A stretch of DNA of 64,000 nt from Podarcis cretensis (taxonomy: Eukaryota): contig OX638155.1 of NCBI GenBank assembly GCA_951804945.1, positions 35,402,001-35,466,000 of the forward strand, read 5' to 3'. The position numbers and the translations under genes were made by a program. Below the pieces are notes generated by a model. The model saw only the letters and a list, made by a program, of their open reading frames with translations, was not told the origin of the DNA and ran no database searches. Positions 50,237 through 63,337 of the stretch are shown here, piece by piece. The first letter of the stretch is position 1, and each line of letters opens with the position of its first letter.

Positions 50237-52026
50237 CTTAGGAGGAACAGTTGAGAAAACTGGGTAAGATTATCTGGTAAAGAGGAGACTGAAAGGAGAT
50301 ATCACAGCCATCTTCAAATATTGAATGGGCTGTCACATGGAGAGTGGAACAAGCTTGTCTTCTCCTCCAGAGGCTAGGACCCAAACAAATGACTTCAATA
50401 AATGAGATTCCAACATCAGGAATAATTGTCCGACAGTAAGAGCTGTTCAACAGTGAAGCAGACTCCTATGAGAGGTGGTGGACTCTCCTTCCTTGGAGGT
50501 CTTTAATTAGAGGTTGAGTAGCTATCTGTCATGTATGATCTAGTTGAGATTCCTAGATGACCCTCAGGGGTCCTTCAAACTCTACAATTCTATGATTTTA
50601 TTAAAAAATAAGTGTAAGGTGGCACCTACAGTTTGCATAGTAGTATAGGATGCTTCAATGTGAATATGGCACGAGTAATTCTCTCTTCTTGTCTGCTTCT
50701 GAATAATCAATATGCCAGCAGACACTCTCATCCTGATATAAACTGTTGTGATAGCAGAATTTAAATCATAAACATTTCTTAGAATTGCGCAATGTTTAAA
50801 TAATTCAAACATGTTGTGGTTGAAATAAAACCAGATGGCTTTATCTCGGTATAAACTCCCCTGAATGCCTCATAATGAATAGTTCACAAAATATCAGCCT
50901 TTAAAATGCATTAAACTTTGATTATTATTTTTTTGTTAATGGCTGTTACTATGGTCTTCTTATGGCCTCTACACTTACTCAAACAACCCTTTTAACCTGG
51001 TACTTAAGGCTGTAGATTTCAGATTATTCCAGTCCTTATAGTTACTGCTGCTCATACTTGTAATTACATAAAATCAATTAGAGAGTTTACATGTCTGGTC
51101 CATTGATTTGATTTGATAGTAACTAATACTCCAGCAATGTGTAATTATAAGAAACCTAATGACCTCTCTCTACCGAATGAAACTATCATTACATCTAATA
51201 TTCTTTGATGAATTGCTCATTATGTACAATGTTGAGAAATATTCTGTAATGACTAATAATTTTTTAATCAGTACCAAAATCCAATCTTATTTGTGTTCAC
51301 AACCAGCTGATGCTTAGAATTATCCTGCCTCACTGATGACCCAGGTACTATTAAATACAAATGTCCCAAGTAAACATTTGCTTGTAATCTGGAGACAGAT
51401 GCATGCATTTTTTTAAAATAACAAAAAGCAGAAACAGTGACGTGGGTGTGTATTCTGATATCTCACACAACTAGCCATGATAACTACTATCTCCCACCAA
51501 GAAATAAACTAACCAGTTAGCTGAATGATATGAATTTTGTCTGGGACTCACAACTTTCCGCCCCACAGAAAGCCACATACAATGCACTGTAAATAATGAG
51601 GGTGACAGGAGTTCATTGCTACTTGGCTGAGGAAAGATTAATGTGTGGTGGGAAAAGGAGGAATGTGTGCAAGAAGTGTACAGAAAAACTGAGCTCTGCT
51701 GTACAACCCCTCGCTATAGGCCAAGGGAAAGCACCCCCACCCTCTGAATTTTGTGAATACATACCTGTTTTCTTGGGAGAAACCATCTTCTGCTCAAACT
51801 GTGGAGAGTTTATAGATTAGCTTCCCAGCCTGAGAGCCACTTGTGACTACCCAAGTCCAGGCTCCCAAAGTGATCTGGTGAAGAAGACTAGGCAGAATGC
51901 CTTGAAAGTGAGAGCTGTAGAGCTTCCATTTTTCACTAGAACTACTTAAGCACTTTGCATGTACTACTTGCTTCTCCTCTCAGAAGAGATGCTACTCCCA
52001 GGACTAGCAGTTAGGTGAATCTAGGG

Positions 52027-52152
52027 CAGGCATAGTCAATGTGGCACTCTCCAGATGTTCTGAGACTATGACTTCCATCAGGCCCAGACTTCACAGCGTA
52101 ATGGGAGTTGTGGTCCAACAACATCTACAGGGCATCACGTTAACTACCCCTG
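52027..52152. mobile_element. Palindromic hAT MITE
   Basis: 8-bp TSD atctaggg (52019-52026, 52153-52160); cagg...cctg ends. Confidence 0.85.
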
Positions 52153-53094
52153 ATCTAGGGGTAGTGGTTAATATGGTCCAACCAATAGGCCCCAATCAGA
52201 TTATTCCTTTCTCCTCTTCCTTGGCAGGTGAGCGAACCCAATTGTCAGAATTTTCACTGTGGGAAACATGGAAGAATATTCTTTTTTTTTTAAAAAAAAA
52301 CAACCCACTGGAATGACTCAGAACATTCTGTATTGTACTTTCAAAGCAATCAATAGCAATCTGCCTGTACGATCATTTTCTGTTTTCTCTTAAATTTCCT
52401 GAGAAAACACCTCACCCTATTGGTATTTGGAAAGTTACGATGTGTCATCCTGGCTTGGGTTGTGATTCTGCAGTACATAAGAAAAAAAAGATTCTCTGAA
52501 ATTTAGCTGTGCTCTTCATTCAGTTGCTCAGCAGTTTAAATAATAAAAGAACTGTAATAATCCTGAGCACTCAACAGCACATTTTGCACTCAAAACAGGC
52601 CGCCTGTATTAAAGCCACAATGCTGATTTCCTTTGGTATCTGAAAGCAAAATCACTTGCAACCTGCATATGCAGGAGTCAAGGGGTTGCCTCCAACTAAG
52701 TTTTACTCAGAACAGAGACACTGAAATTAATGGGCCTAAGGTTAGTCATGTTCATTGTTTTCAATGGGTCTTCTCTGCAAAGGAGTAGCATTGGCTACAC
52801 AGCACATGGTCTACTTTATTGGTACACACTGGAGGCCTTATTCTGCATAGCACTTTGTGTCTAGGATCTGTAAGTGAGCAATATAAATGGGGATATTCTT
52901 CAGTCCTTATGCAACTCTAAACTGATACCAAAATTTTACTGATTGCTTGAGCATGCACAGATATATTTGCCCCATTAAACATGGCTGAAAACTCTCCTGT
53001 GCCTTCTGTATGTTGTATTGTTTATTCTGCAACAAGCTTGCCCTGCACTGGCTTTCTGAAGCATAGGGCATTAGTAAACTGACCACAGCAGTTA

Positions 53095-53317
53095 TAGTTG
53101 TACCTTGGTTGATGGACACCTTAGCAGTCGAATGTTTTGGCTCCTGAATGCCGCAAACCCAGAAGTGAGTGTTCCAGTTTGTGAATGTTCTTTGGAACCC
53201 GAATGTCTGACGGGGCTTTGGCGGCTTCCAGTATGAAGCCACACCTTCGAAGTCAAATGTTTTGGAAGTCAAACAGACTTCCGGAATGGCTTCCATTCAG
53301 CTTCCAAGGTACGACTG
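53095..53317. mobile_element. Tc1/mariner-type MITE
   Basis: tagttgtaccttgg / ccaaggtacgactg with TA flanks. Confidence 0.8.
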
Positions 53318-56300
53318 TATTTGAAACAAACTTTGGATAGTTTAAACCACAATCAATCTGCTTGCACTTTTTGAACAACTGCAATTTACAGCACAACCCT
53401 CGATATGTCCACTCAGAAGTTCAATGGAGGTTACTCTCTACTTTCAGGTAAATGGGTGCAGAACCACAGTCTTAAACTCATTCAGCAACATTTAACTATA
53501 GAAAACTATTGAAGGGAAGCACTACACTGGTGTCTTATATGCATGAATGCATGAATGTGCCCTAGAGAAAAGCTGACATCCATAGTACAAAAACCCATGA
53601 CTATGTGCACATACATGCATGCATGTGTGTTTTCATTTGCAGAGAAAAATACAAGACAAATTGAACCCCCTAAGAGAGTAGAATGTTCAACCTGAATAGG
53701 CCCAGATTTTATTAATATTCATTGGAAATTCTTTGGAGTATGTTCGTTGCAGATTGAAAATTGTAATTTTGAACACAAAAAGTGCCAAGTTTTTTGTCTG
53801 AGAGATGTTGGAGTGTGTGTCTATTTTCTTAGGTTTCTGGTTCTTCAGCGTACATTAGCTACACATTTTCAAGGCTTCTCCATAACCATGAAGGCTTTAG
53901 TCATGTTGTGGCTCTTTGCAGCTCCATATACGCTTGGGGGAGTGGGAGGTAGGTGCACAGCTCAAAGCATCACTGAACAGCTAAACAGGCAGCCCTGTTT
54001 TAAATTTTAAAAGGATGACTTCCCAGTAGCACAATTTGTAGCAGCCTCTCTAGCAGGTCTCCCCTGCACATGAGCCTGGGTTTGTAGGACTGTAGTCTTG
54101 AAGAAAGTGATTAAAGGCAGGAGTACTTGAAAATGATAGGGGCCCTAGACAAGTTGTCCCTTTCATATTTCATGGCTAATCTGGCCCTGCCTAAAAAACA
54201 GTTAACATGATTTGTTTAAAAGCTCTGAGTAAACATTGTGCATCCTGAGATTTTTCTTTGGACAGGTAGAAGTAGGAGCCTCTCCCACTTCACCACACCT
54301 TTTCTAAAGCAGCATTGCACAAATGATTATCTTGGGTAGCTTCCGTCTACACACATTTCTGAAATACTTTCATTCCAACCTGTTTTGGAAGGAAGTTTTA
54401 AGAAGAATGGAAACCTGGCATTTAACTCAACTGGGAAGAAGTGGTTTCCACTTCAGTGAGAAAGGGAAAAGGCTTATAAAAAGAACACAGAACGTTACAG
54501 CTAAGCATGGAGATGGAAGATAAGAAAAGTTGAGAGAGAAAGAAACTCAGGCAATTACCTGTTTTTGAGTGGAGGCTGAGTCACTTTCGCTTGCCTTTCT
54601 CTTATCCAACCGTGTAAATATTTTTAACAGCCAGATGGACATTTTAAATCATTCTTTAAAAAATGTGGACTGCCCTGATTTTTTCCTTAAACCTAATGGG
54701 TGGGAGTTTTGCTGGCCGAAATCTGGACAAATCGTAGTTTTGGATTGCGGAAGAGAAGATACCAACCTTCTCCCACAAGACTTTAACCTCCCGTTTGCCA
54801 CAGAACTTAATCTATACAGGGACCTCTCCTTCTGCCAAAAGGAAATAACTTTCCTGCACAGGGCATCTGGGAATACCAGAAAACAATCTTAAATCCATAA
54901 AGTAATTGTAGTGTAGTTTTACTGAGTTGTTCAGTTCAGTTCGGGATTTTATTACAATGTCAACAAATGTTTAATTTGTTTTAAAGTTTAGGTTCTTTAA
55001 ATCTGAGTGATATATGGTAGTTTACAGCTTGCTGGCAACTGCTACTGTGGAGGAAAAAATGAAAGTGCATATAAAGGCAGTTCTACGTTTTGACATTATA
55101 AAGCAGGGAGCAGAGCCAAAAGCAGCAACTAGCACAGCTTTCCCAGTGCTGGCCAGCTTTAGGGACTGCTCGCTTATTGACATCAGTCGCTGTGGGATAC
55201 ATTTCTCTGCTCTTAACCAATCTCATCTGGAGAGCATAATTAAAAAAGAAACGTCTTAATATGTAATTTCTCTCCCCCAAACATTTACAGATGTTAACTA
55301 GGGAGTCAGTCCACAAAACAGCACTGCTCTGTCACACAGTGTCCATTAATTTTGGGAGACTGGGGGCAAGCTTAGGCAAGCAATGTGGGGTTAGTTCGTG
55401 TGTGTATGTGTGTGTGTGAATTGTGCTCTTCACTGCTGGTGGCTGTGGGCTGACTCCCTCTTTATCAGCTCTGAGATGGCTTCTAGGACTTTATTTTGAA
55501 ATAAGCAACTATTTAGTATATGAGAGGGGAGGGGAATCTGAAATTGATATACTATATGTGTGTATAATGTCTGGTTTTTTGTTTTTTTAAAGAAAACAGT
55601 GGCTACTTTAAAAAATGTACAGCCAGTTGCTATATTTTTCTGTATCTTTTATGTGCTTCAGCCCTCCTAAACATTGCTGGAGAAAACAGATAAGGCAGCA
55701 TTCTATTCTCCTGACTTCAAACAATGAAATAACAGAATGCTGTTTTTAGTTTCACTGAGTTTGCTCTCTATTTTCTGTCGGCCTCCTTGGCCAAATACTT
55801 TCCCCCTCCCCTTCCCCCCCCCTTCCAGGTGCTGCTAAAAGCATTTACAGAAACGCAGTGAACAAACCTTGGAGGCGATGTACTTTTATGCATACACTGG
55901 GCACGAGAAAGCGATAGCATTAAACGGAGTGGCTTTATAGAAGGCCCTGTCCCTGGGGAAATTTAAGAAAAAGGGTTGGGGGGGGGCTTTCCTCAGCTGG
56001 CTGAAAACTGTGCAAGCAGACGTCTCTGCTTGCGCTGGCTGCACACGTGTCAGTCCCACTTCTGCAATGTTAACTGAAGTGGAACTTTTTTCTCAGCGCC
56101 AAGTACTTCATGATTTACACAGCCGTATCAAATATCTCTGGAGTACCCTGCAAGAAGGTGATGGCTAAAACCTCAGTTCTGACATTTGCAGCCCAGACAC
56201 AGTTGTCTGATTGAGGGCCCCCCTCTCTCTCTCTCTCTCTGGCTTTCGTTGGAGCCAGAGCCTTGAGTAAACCAGAGGAATTTCTCGATTTTTCTGAGGG

Positions 56301-57039
56301 CCGTGAGCGCTAAGTGTTTTCCGGTACCCACTTCCTGCCGTATCTAAAACAACAGCAGCTGCAAGAGCCTGATAGAGAAGCATCCCAGGGCACAAATTTT
56401 CATGAATCGGGTGGGAAAGAAGAAGTGGGGGGGGGGGAGGGTGAAAGAAGACATTTATTCTGGAAGCTGATAACAGAGGCATACATACGGCATCAGATTT
56501 GTGCTTGCCGAAGATAGCCCTCTAGGCCGAGGGCAGTGAAGTTAGAAGCAAACCCAGCCCTCAGCTGTGACCATGGGAATAATAAGTTTCCATGCTGGTT
56601 AGGATAACAGAGGGAGCCACTGCGCACTGGTCCTATTGTACTGAGTATCAAACTTTGATTAGCTAATGTCTCCAAAGGACAGATAAGGAAGAAGAAGTGA
56701 CTCAGACACTAAGGCTTTCATGTCCTTTCTTTACCATGACTGTGGGTGTTTGAAAAGAAAAAGTGGGGGGGAGGTTGCATGTTTCCAATAAGAAAACAAA
56801 AAGGAAAAAGGCACAGCTGCCTGAGAGAAACATATTACAGAACTCAGAAAGATTTCAAATAAATAGCACATAGTTTCATGGAAAAATTGGAAGATTTTAA
56901 AAACAATATTATTGTTGACATTTTCTGGGCCACTGGTTTCCAGATTGTGGGGAAGAGCCCACCAGAGGTTGCTGGCAAGGACCTGGAGGATGCGTTGTCA
57001 GGCTGATGAGGAGCTTGCTCTGCTGCTGACAGTGATGCA

Positions 57040-57290
57040 AAGCGACTCAAATTGCAATGTGTTTGTACCAAATACACGGCATGGCTGTGTTTGGAATACT
57101 ACATACAGTACAGTGGTCTCCACCTTTTAAAAAGGATGTTGAAGAGCTGGAAAGATTCAGATCAGACAATGCACAACTAGTTTATAGAATTAGCTGCCAG
57201 AAGAGGTGGCAATTGCCAGGAGCCTAATGGCTTAAGAAGAGTAGAGCCAAATTCAGAGAGGATACGTCTTATCAATGTCGGCTAGTGTTC
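57040..57290 (+). mobile_element. Old CR1 fragment
   Basis: ttggaatact...aaaaggatgttgaagagctggaaa (KDVEELE) followed by CR1 3' sequence. Confidence 0.6.
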
Positions 57291-58819
57291 TCCAGGTTCA
57301 GGTAATATCCACGCCATACATTTAAAGCACTTTTATGGCACCTTAACATTCAGGGCTTCCAACAAAGAATCATGGGAACTATAGCTTGTTCAGAGTGCTT
57401 ATTGTGGTTGGAAGCCCCTCTGGACTTCTAGTCCCATGATGCTCCACCAGAGCTCTTAGTTCCTTAGCGAGGGGATCAAAACTGTGGGTGACTTGTCTAA
57501 GGGCTCCTCAAACCAGCATTGGAAGTCTAATAGGAACAGTAACTGGCTGATTCTCTGTTTTCTTTTGTGGGGGCTGACTCTACTCTCTGACAACTGTAGG
57601 CCTAAACAAAATGAACTCTCACCAATAGGAGCCATACAAAGCAACCTATCCAAAGACCCAGTGGGGAAAATGGCATGGGACAGAATTGGACTTTGAGAAG
57701 CAAAAAGCACACTGATTAGAACATTAAAATAGGTTTCTCTGGGCAAGTCATATATATTTGCAGTGCTGCATCACAGCCTATCCCTGATGTATCACCGCCC
57801 ATTGTCTGATACTCACTAACAAGTTTTAAAAGAAGGCTCCAGGTAACAGCAAAGGAAGCTGGCAGTCATGCTTCACTTGTTGGAGCAGGAAACAGGATGG
57901 TAAGTTTCCGCTTTCATTTCTGCCCAAAGGTTTGGCCTCAACTGGATTTATGTATATTGCGAAAAGGAAGAAAAGAAAAGAAATGCACAGTGTTGGATGC
58001 AATCCTGAGACTAAGTTGCATTTCTGTAGCTCTAATATACTTAAGCAGGAAATGGAATGAAAACCCACTCTAGAAAAACCCTGTTTTGCATTTCCACTTA
58101 AAAGTTCATCACATTCATTCAGTTTCTGGGTTTGAGCCATATTTTGCAGGAACGGCACACAAAGGAGGACATTCCCCAATCCTTAATTATTTCTCACATA
58201 GTAGAACTATAGATCTCAGAATGACAAAAGGTTAGATTTTTTTTTTAATGCTTCTCTATCTTATAGGCTCATTTATCTCACATATACCACCAAAGTGAAT
58301 GGTTATGAGTTATGCCAGGCAGCTTTCTCTTTAAATATATATAAAAAATGTTTTAAATGCAGCACTGTGGTAATTTTAGTCTGGAGGTACTTCGTAGTCT
58401 GAAAACTCCTTGCTGCAGGTGTTTTCCCCAATTAAAGTTAAATATAGCTTTAAAAACTTGTGCGGGTGGTTATGTTCTCTGCTTTCAGTTTCTTTTGTAT
58501 TAGCCTGGGTTCCATGCACAGCCCCATTATGAAAAAAATGAGCATTAGAGGCATACACCAGACAGCAATCTACAAAATGCAGCAAAATATTCATTGCTAT
58601 AATATTTTGACACATATTCATTAATTAGGCTTTTCTTTAAGCATCTTCTCCAACAGTCCCTTCCAGCAATCCATTAAGTAAGCCACAAGCCTCATGTGAG
58701 CCACTTCTTGGATCTAGCCCAGGAATTTGGAAGCAGTTTATTAGTACTTCTTAAATCATTTCCATTAACTAGTCTTAAAACTCATGTTGGCATTTAATAT
58801 GGGCTTTCCTATAAAGAAC

Positions 58820-59130
58820 GGGACACAGAGGCCCTCCTCCAAGGGCCTTCTGGCGGTTCCCTTACCATGAGAAGTGAAGTTACAGGGAGCCAATCAGAGA
58901 GCATTATCAGCAGTGTCACCTTCCATGTGGAACACCCTTCCATCAGATGTCAAGGAGATAAAGAACAGCACAACTTTTAGAAGACATCTGAAGGCAGCTC
59001 TGTATCGGGAAGTTATCAATGTTTGACACTGTGGTTTTTTTTAATGTGCTTTAAGCTGCACAGAGTGGCTGGGGAAACCCAGCCAGATGGGCAGGGTAGA
59101 AATATTATCATTATTGTTATCATTACCATC
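58820..59130 (+). mobile_element. L2 3' fragment
   Basis: agggccttctggcggttccc...catcagatgtcaagga...agaagacatctgaaggcagc...cagagtggctggggaaacccagccagatgg. Confidence 0.85.
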
Positions 59131-60489
59131 TAATTATAATAAAATGTTCTGGGTCAATTCAGGCTTAGACATATATACCCATCAATGACTAATTTGCGTC
59201 CCCTACACACTACTATGGGAGCAATCCTAAGTATAGTATGTGTAGTTTACACCAGCTTAAAATAAGCTGGTGTAAAGTATGCCAGATCCAAACTCAGTTC
59301 GGGAGCAGGGCTACTGCCAGGCTAAGCCTGGTGTAGGGAAAACAAACCTTTCAAATAGAGTTTGATATATACCACTCTAAGTTCCGACAGCTTGCCAGGT
59401 TACATGACCATGATTGCAGCCTCAGGGAAGGAATAGCCAAGGAGAAAGGAGTGTGAAAAAATATCAGGCAAGGCCCAGAGTCAGCAGAGCCTGGGTTTAC
59501 AGTGTAGTTAGGCAAATGTCCTGTATTTCTTGTAATGTGAGGCATATGTCCTGCATCTGATTGGCCATTGTGAGAACAGGATGCAGGATTGCACGGGTCA
59601 TTGACCTGATGCTGCAGGAGGTTCTTGCTTTCTCAGGAGCTGAACCACCCTCATTTTATTCTCATAACAACCCTGTGATATATTGGGTGCATAAATGAAC
59701 CAGGGTCTCACTGGCCCCGGTTTTTAGCTCAAACTACTATATTACACTATATCTTTGCAAATGCTATTTTTCTTTCTCTTCATTTGAAGGGGGGGAAAGT
59801 CAAGATCAACACGAATTCAAATATTACAACTGTAAAGAAACTTGTGAACATTTGGGAAAACTGGGGAAGCAGAAACGTAGCGGACTCCGAGTCACTGACT
59901 GCGGCTCCTTATATCCATTTCTCATAATAAGCTGACAATCTTTTCTGTGGTCGAGCTTGTAACCAGTCTTACGTTTAAATAAAAGTGGTAACAGCTCCAT
60001 GCACCACTATATCCCTACAGACTTATCCACTTTGTGAAAGATGACTATCTGGTCTTTTTGACTTTGCGTTGAGATTCAGTTGCAATACCTACTGGTATTA
60101 TTATTCTTATAACCCTGAGCCATCTGATGCTATTCCCAAACCTCACTTCTATTATGAAAACACTTGTAAGCTTTCCTAAATTACATATAATGCTTGGAAA
60201 ATCCTTCGCAGTCCGTTCCCTGTGATCTCTGCATTTCTGGAGAGCGCAAGCCTGAACCTCAATTGATGTAAACTGGCGGCGGAGGTGGGGAGCTGTTGTA
60301 CAAGCAATAACAGCTCTTCTGGCTTTATGGATGAGGTGAGGATGCAGCCTAAACATACCTGTTTTCAGACAAACTTTGCAGCCGCCACACAAAGCCCTAC
60401 TTTCTAGCAGTCACTGCACCAATCTGGAGTTGTAGAGGTTTAGGGAAACTCGAAAAGGCAGGGCTTTCAGGACATACTGCCAATGACCT

Positions 60490-60775
60490 CTTAAGCATAT
60501 AAAAAGAGCCTTGGTGGGCCAGACCAAAGGCCTATCTAGTACAGTGTTCTCACAGTGGCCAGCTAAATGCCTATGGGAAGCCCACAAGCAGGACAGGAGA
60601 GCAATAGTACTCTCCCGTCGGTCATCCTCAGCAAGTGGTATACAAAGACACACTGCCTCTAGTGCTGGAGGTATAACACAGGCCTCATGACTAGTAGTAT
60701 CCTCCATGAATTTGCCTAACCAACTTTTAGAACCATGCCAGTTGGTGGCCATCACTACATATTGTCTGTGGTAGA
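60490..60775 (-). mobile_element. CR1 LINE 3' end
   Basis: accaaaggcctatctagt...ttctcacagtggcc...tcctccatgaatttg...gttggtggccatcactac. Confidence 0.8.
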
Positions 60776-60789
60776 CCTTGGTGGACTAT

Positions 60790-61230
60790 TTATTTATTTT
60801 GACAAAGTAATAATAAAAAATAAATAAGAATAAAAATGTGCACCCCACAACTATCCAACCTTCCAAAATTTCAACACCTCTTGCGATAGTTTGACCCCTT
60901 TCTGTTTTAACAGTACAAATTCTACAAACACGCTCCATATCTCCTCAAAATCATTTCTCCTGCATATTCCCTGTCTTACCTGAATGGTACATTAATTTAT
61001 CATTAATACCCCACACCTCTTTATACCATTCATCCATTTTATATTCGGCTTGCCCCTTCCACTTCTTGGCTATAATAATAATAATTCATGCAGCTGTCAA
61101 TAAATTTGTGAGCAAGTCCTTCAGAGCCTGTGAACCTTCCACCCCATCGTAAATGGATAATAATGCTATCTCTGGACTTTTGGTCAGCTTTAACCCAGTG
61201 ATTTCTGTTGTGTTCTTAAACACCCTTTGG
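60790..61230 (-). mobile_element. L1 ORF2 C-terminal fragment and 3' end
   Basis: Minus-strand translation VFKNTTEITGLKLTKSPEIALLSIYD...LLTNLLTAA*IIIIIAKKWKG, typical of the L1 ORF2 C-terminus. Confidence 0.75.
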
Positions 61231-61670
61231 AGTCTCAAATTTTAGTGGTGCCCCTCTACCTTTCGTACTCCATTCTGAATCATAGTTGCAGCCAGGCATG
61301 CCAACTCTAGGGGGCCAAAGGCACCTTGGCACTTTCAATATTTGCTTTAAAGGGGCTGGCCCCTCTCAATCTTCAGGCAACCCCACACACGCCGCATGTC
61401 CAGTGGCCAGTTCCTTCAGAACACTCGGCCTCCTGCGTCATGCAACACATGCCAGCCCCCATCTTGGGGGCAACACAGCACCTCTGGTTGCAGTGTCCCA
61501 GCAATGCCTCTGAGGCTCTGTGCCCAGTGCGACTGAACCAGCCGTGCTCCCCTAAATCTACCTCTGATATTGTGGCAGCAAACAACATGTCTCAACTGTA
61601 CATTGTGCAAGTACTTCCTTTTTTTCTATCCAGAATCTCCCACAATTCAGCTACATCTGATGACTTAGGG

Positions 61671-61824
61671 CAGGCATGTCCAAAGTCCGTTTTGGGGGCC
61701 TAATTCGGCCCCCTGACCAGTTTTATCTGGCCCCTATGTGGCAGTTATTTATTGGGGTCAAATCCTTTAAAAAAGCTCAACAACTTCAATCCTAAAAAAT
61801 GATCAACAAATTTGAGCACCCCTG
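61671..61824. mobile_element. hAT MITE
   Basis: 8-bp TSD acttaggg (61663-61670, 61825-61832); caggcatgtccaaa / tttgagcacccctg ends. Confidence 0.8.
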
Positions 61825-61864
61825 ACTTAGGGCTTTAGTGTTATGAAAGAGGAGGGGGGACGTC

Positions 61865-62160
61865 TCTCTAGCCACATCCTACATACCTGCATACATCTCT
61901 CCTGTGCCTCCCCTTACTCACATTCTCCTCTCTCCCCCACCCAATGACCCTGCCCCCCAAATATTGCATCCTTTGTTGGTAGGTTTGTTGCACGAGCCCC
62001 TTGATTGCTTTGGTTGCCCTTTCCTGAATCTTTTCTAGCTCTACAACATCCTTTTTTGAGGGATGGTACCTGGAACTGTACATAGTACTCCCAGGGTGGA
62101 TGCACCATAGATTTGTATAACAGCGTCATGATAATGGCAGTCTTATTTAGCAAACATAAG
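61865..62160 (-). mobile_element. CR1 RT C-terminal fragment
   Basis: Encodes LYKSMVHPPWEYYVQF and KKDVVELEKIQERATKAIKGL across a frameshift. Confidence 0.8.
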
Positions 62161-62282
62161 AATGGAGACGGGAGCAGAGCTGTACTGAAGTGCAGGCTGA
62201 ATCTCCTTCCCATCCCAGACCTCTCCTTAGGATCTCACAGTACTGAGCGAATCTGCTGAGTGCTTCGGGAAAGCATTATCAT

Positions 62283-62626
62283 GGGAGGGATCACAGCTCA
62301 GTGGTAGAGCACATGATTTGCAAGCTGACGGTTCCAAATTCAACCCCTGAAATCTCAAGTTTTAAAAAGATCAAATAAAACAGTCTCTTCCTGGGACCCT
62401 AGAAAACTGCTTAAAATCAGAGGATGCAATATGGGATGGACTAGAGGTGGGTGAATTTGCCAATTTCACTTCCTCTCAGTTTCTCATTTTTCCAATCTTA
62501 AATTCAGTTCTTCACATTTCCACGTGAGTTTGAGGTTTTGCCCTTTTTTGTTTTTAAAGTTCCTCATGAAAAATTCCGTTTGAATTTCTCCTAATATATA
62601 TGCAAACACTTTTGCAAGCTATTTCC

Positions 62627-62669
<43 letters not shown>

Positions 62670-62835
62670 CTGCTAGGTAGAGGAACTGAATTACAAAATT
62701 CAGAGAAGTTCAAATTTCAAATGATGGCTGCATTTTGGTCCTTTTAATGTTTTGTAAAGTGCAAATCAGGGAGGCTTGCTTTTAAATGAAAACTGAATCA
62801 AAATTCTTCCCTGTCCCTAGTATAAGCTCCAGCAG
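62283..62835 (+). mobile_element. Squam3-like SINE interrupted by a hAT element (62442-62819) that contains (TA)n
   Basis: Head cagctcagtggtagagcac; body ends at gatggac and resumes at gtataag after the insert, which is homologous to 28907-29289. Confidence 0.7.
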
Positions 62836-63251
62836 ATGTTTATTTTGATGTGCTGTAAAATCCTAAAATGCCATGCAAATAAAGAGGATTTTTGCACTGT
62901 AATGAGCACTAATAGTCTCCAGGACACATTTCATTGTTCACAATGCTTTTTATATCATTATTAATAATCAGCCTTCATATGGTATATTGAACACACTAAA
63001 TTGATTCATACGCATTATCATTTGAAATGTGATACAAGCTCCCTTCAGGTCAAGTGAACACATTTCAAATCAATAGAGTTTTCAATAGTTTTTCAAGATT
63101 ACGAAGATTGATAGTCTGCAACAGTTCTTAATACATAGTCCAGACACTGTAAAGTGAGAACGATGTCAAGCATGCAATGTAGTCTAAGATTAGGTTATGG
63201 AACAGCACAAAGATTAAACTCATATTAATTAACGGTAGAGAAATTAAACAT

Positions 63252-63337
63252 ACGTTCCGAGCACAATTAAAAGTGTTGGTGCTGACCTTTAAAGCCCTAA
63301 ACGGCCTCGGTCCAGTATACCTGAAGGAGCGTCTCCT
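63252..63337 (+). mobile_element. Short L2 fragment
   Basis: aaagtgttggtgctgacctttaaagccctaaacggcctcggtccagtatacctgaaggagcgtctcc. Confidence 0.85.

Larger units (their letters stand above)
49618..50598 (+). mobile_element. CR1 LINE 3' portion, split by a nested insertion at 49739-50236
   Basis: aaccaagatgattaagggtctggaaaccaagccttatgag | gaacagttgagaaaactggg is contiguous CR1 RT C-terminal sequence; it ends in ctctacaattctatgatt. Confidence 0.85.

Noticed and set aside
59246-59276. 14-bp perfect palindrome tttacaccagctta-aaa-taagctggtgtaaa
   Set aside because: Lies within a degenerate palindromic MITE-like repeat and is too short for a pre-miRNA
62283-62355. tRNA-like sequence (also at 39070 and 46500-46572)
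   Set aside because: These are SINE heads with degenerate stems followed by SINE bodies, not tRNA genes
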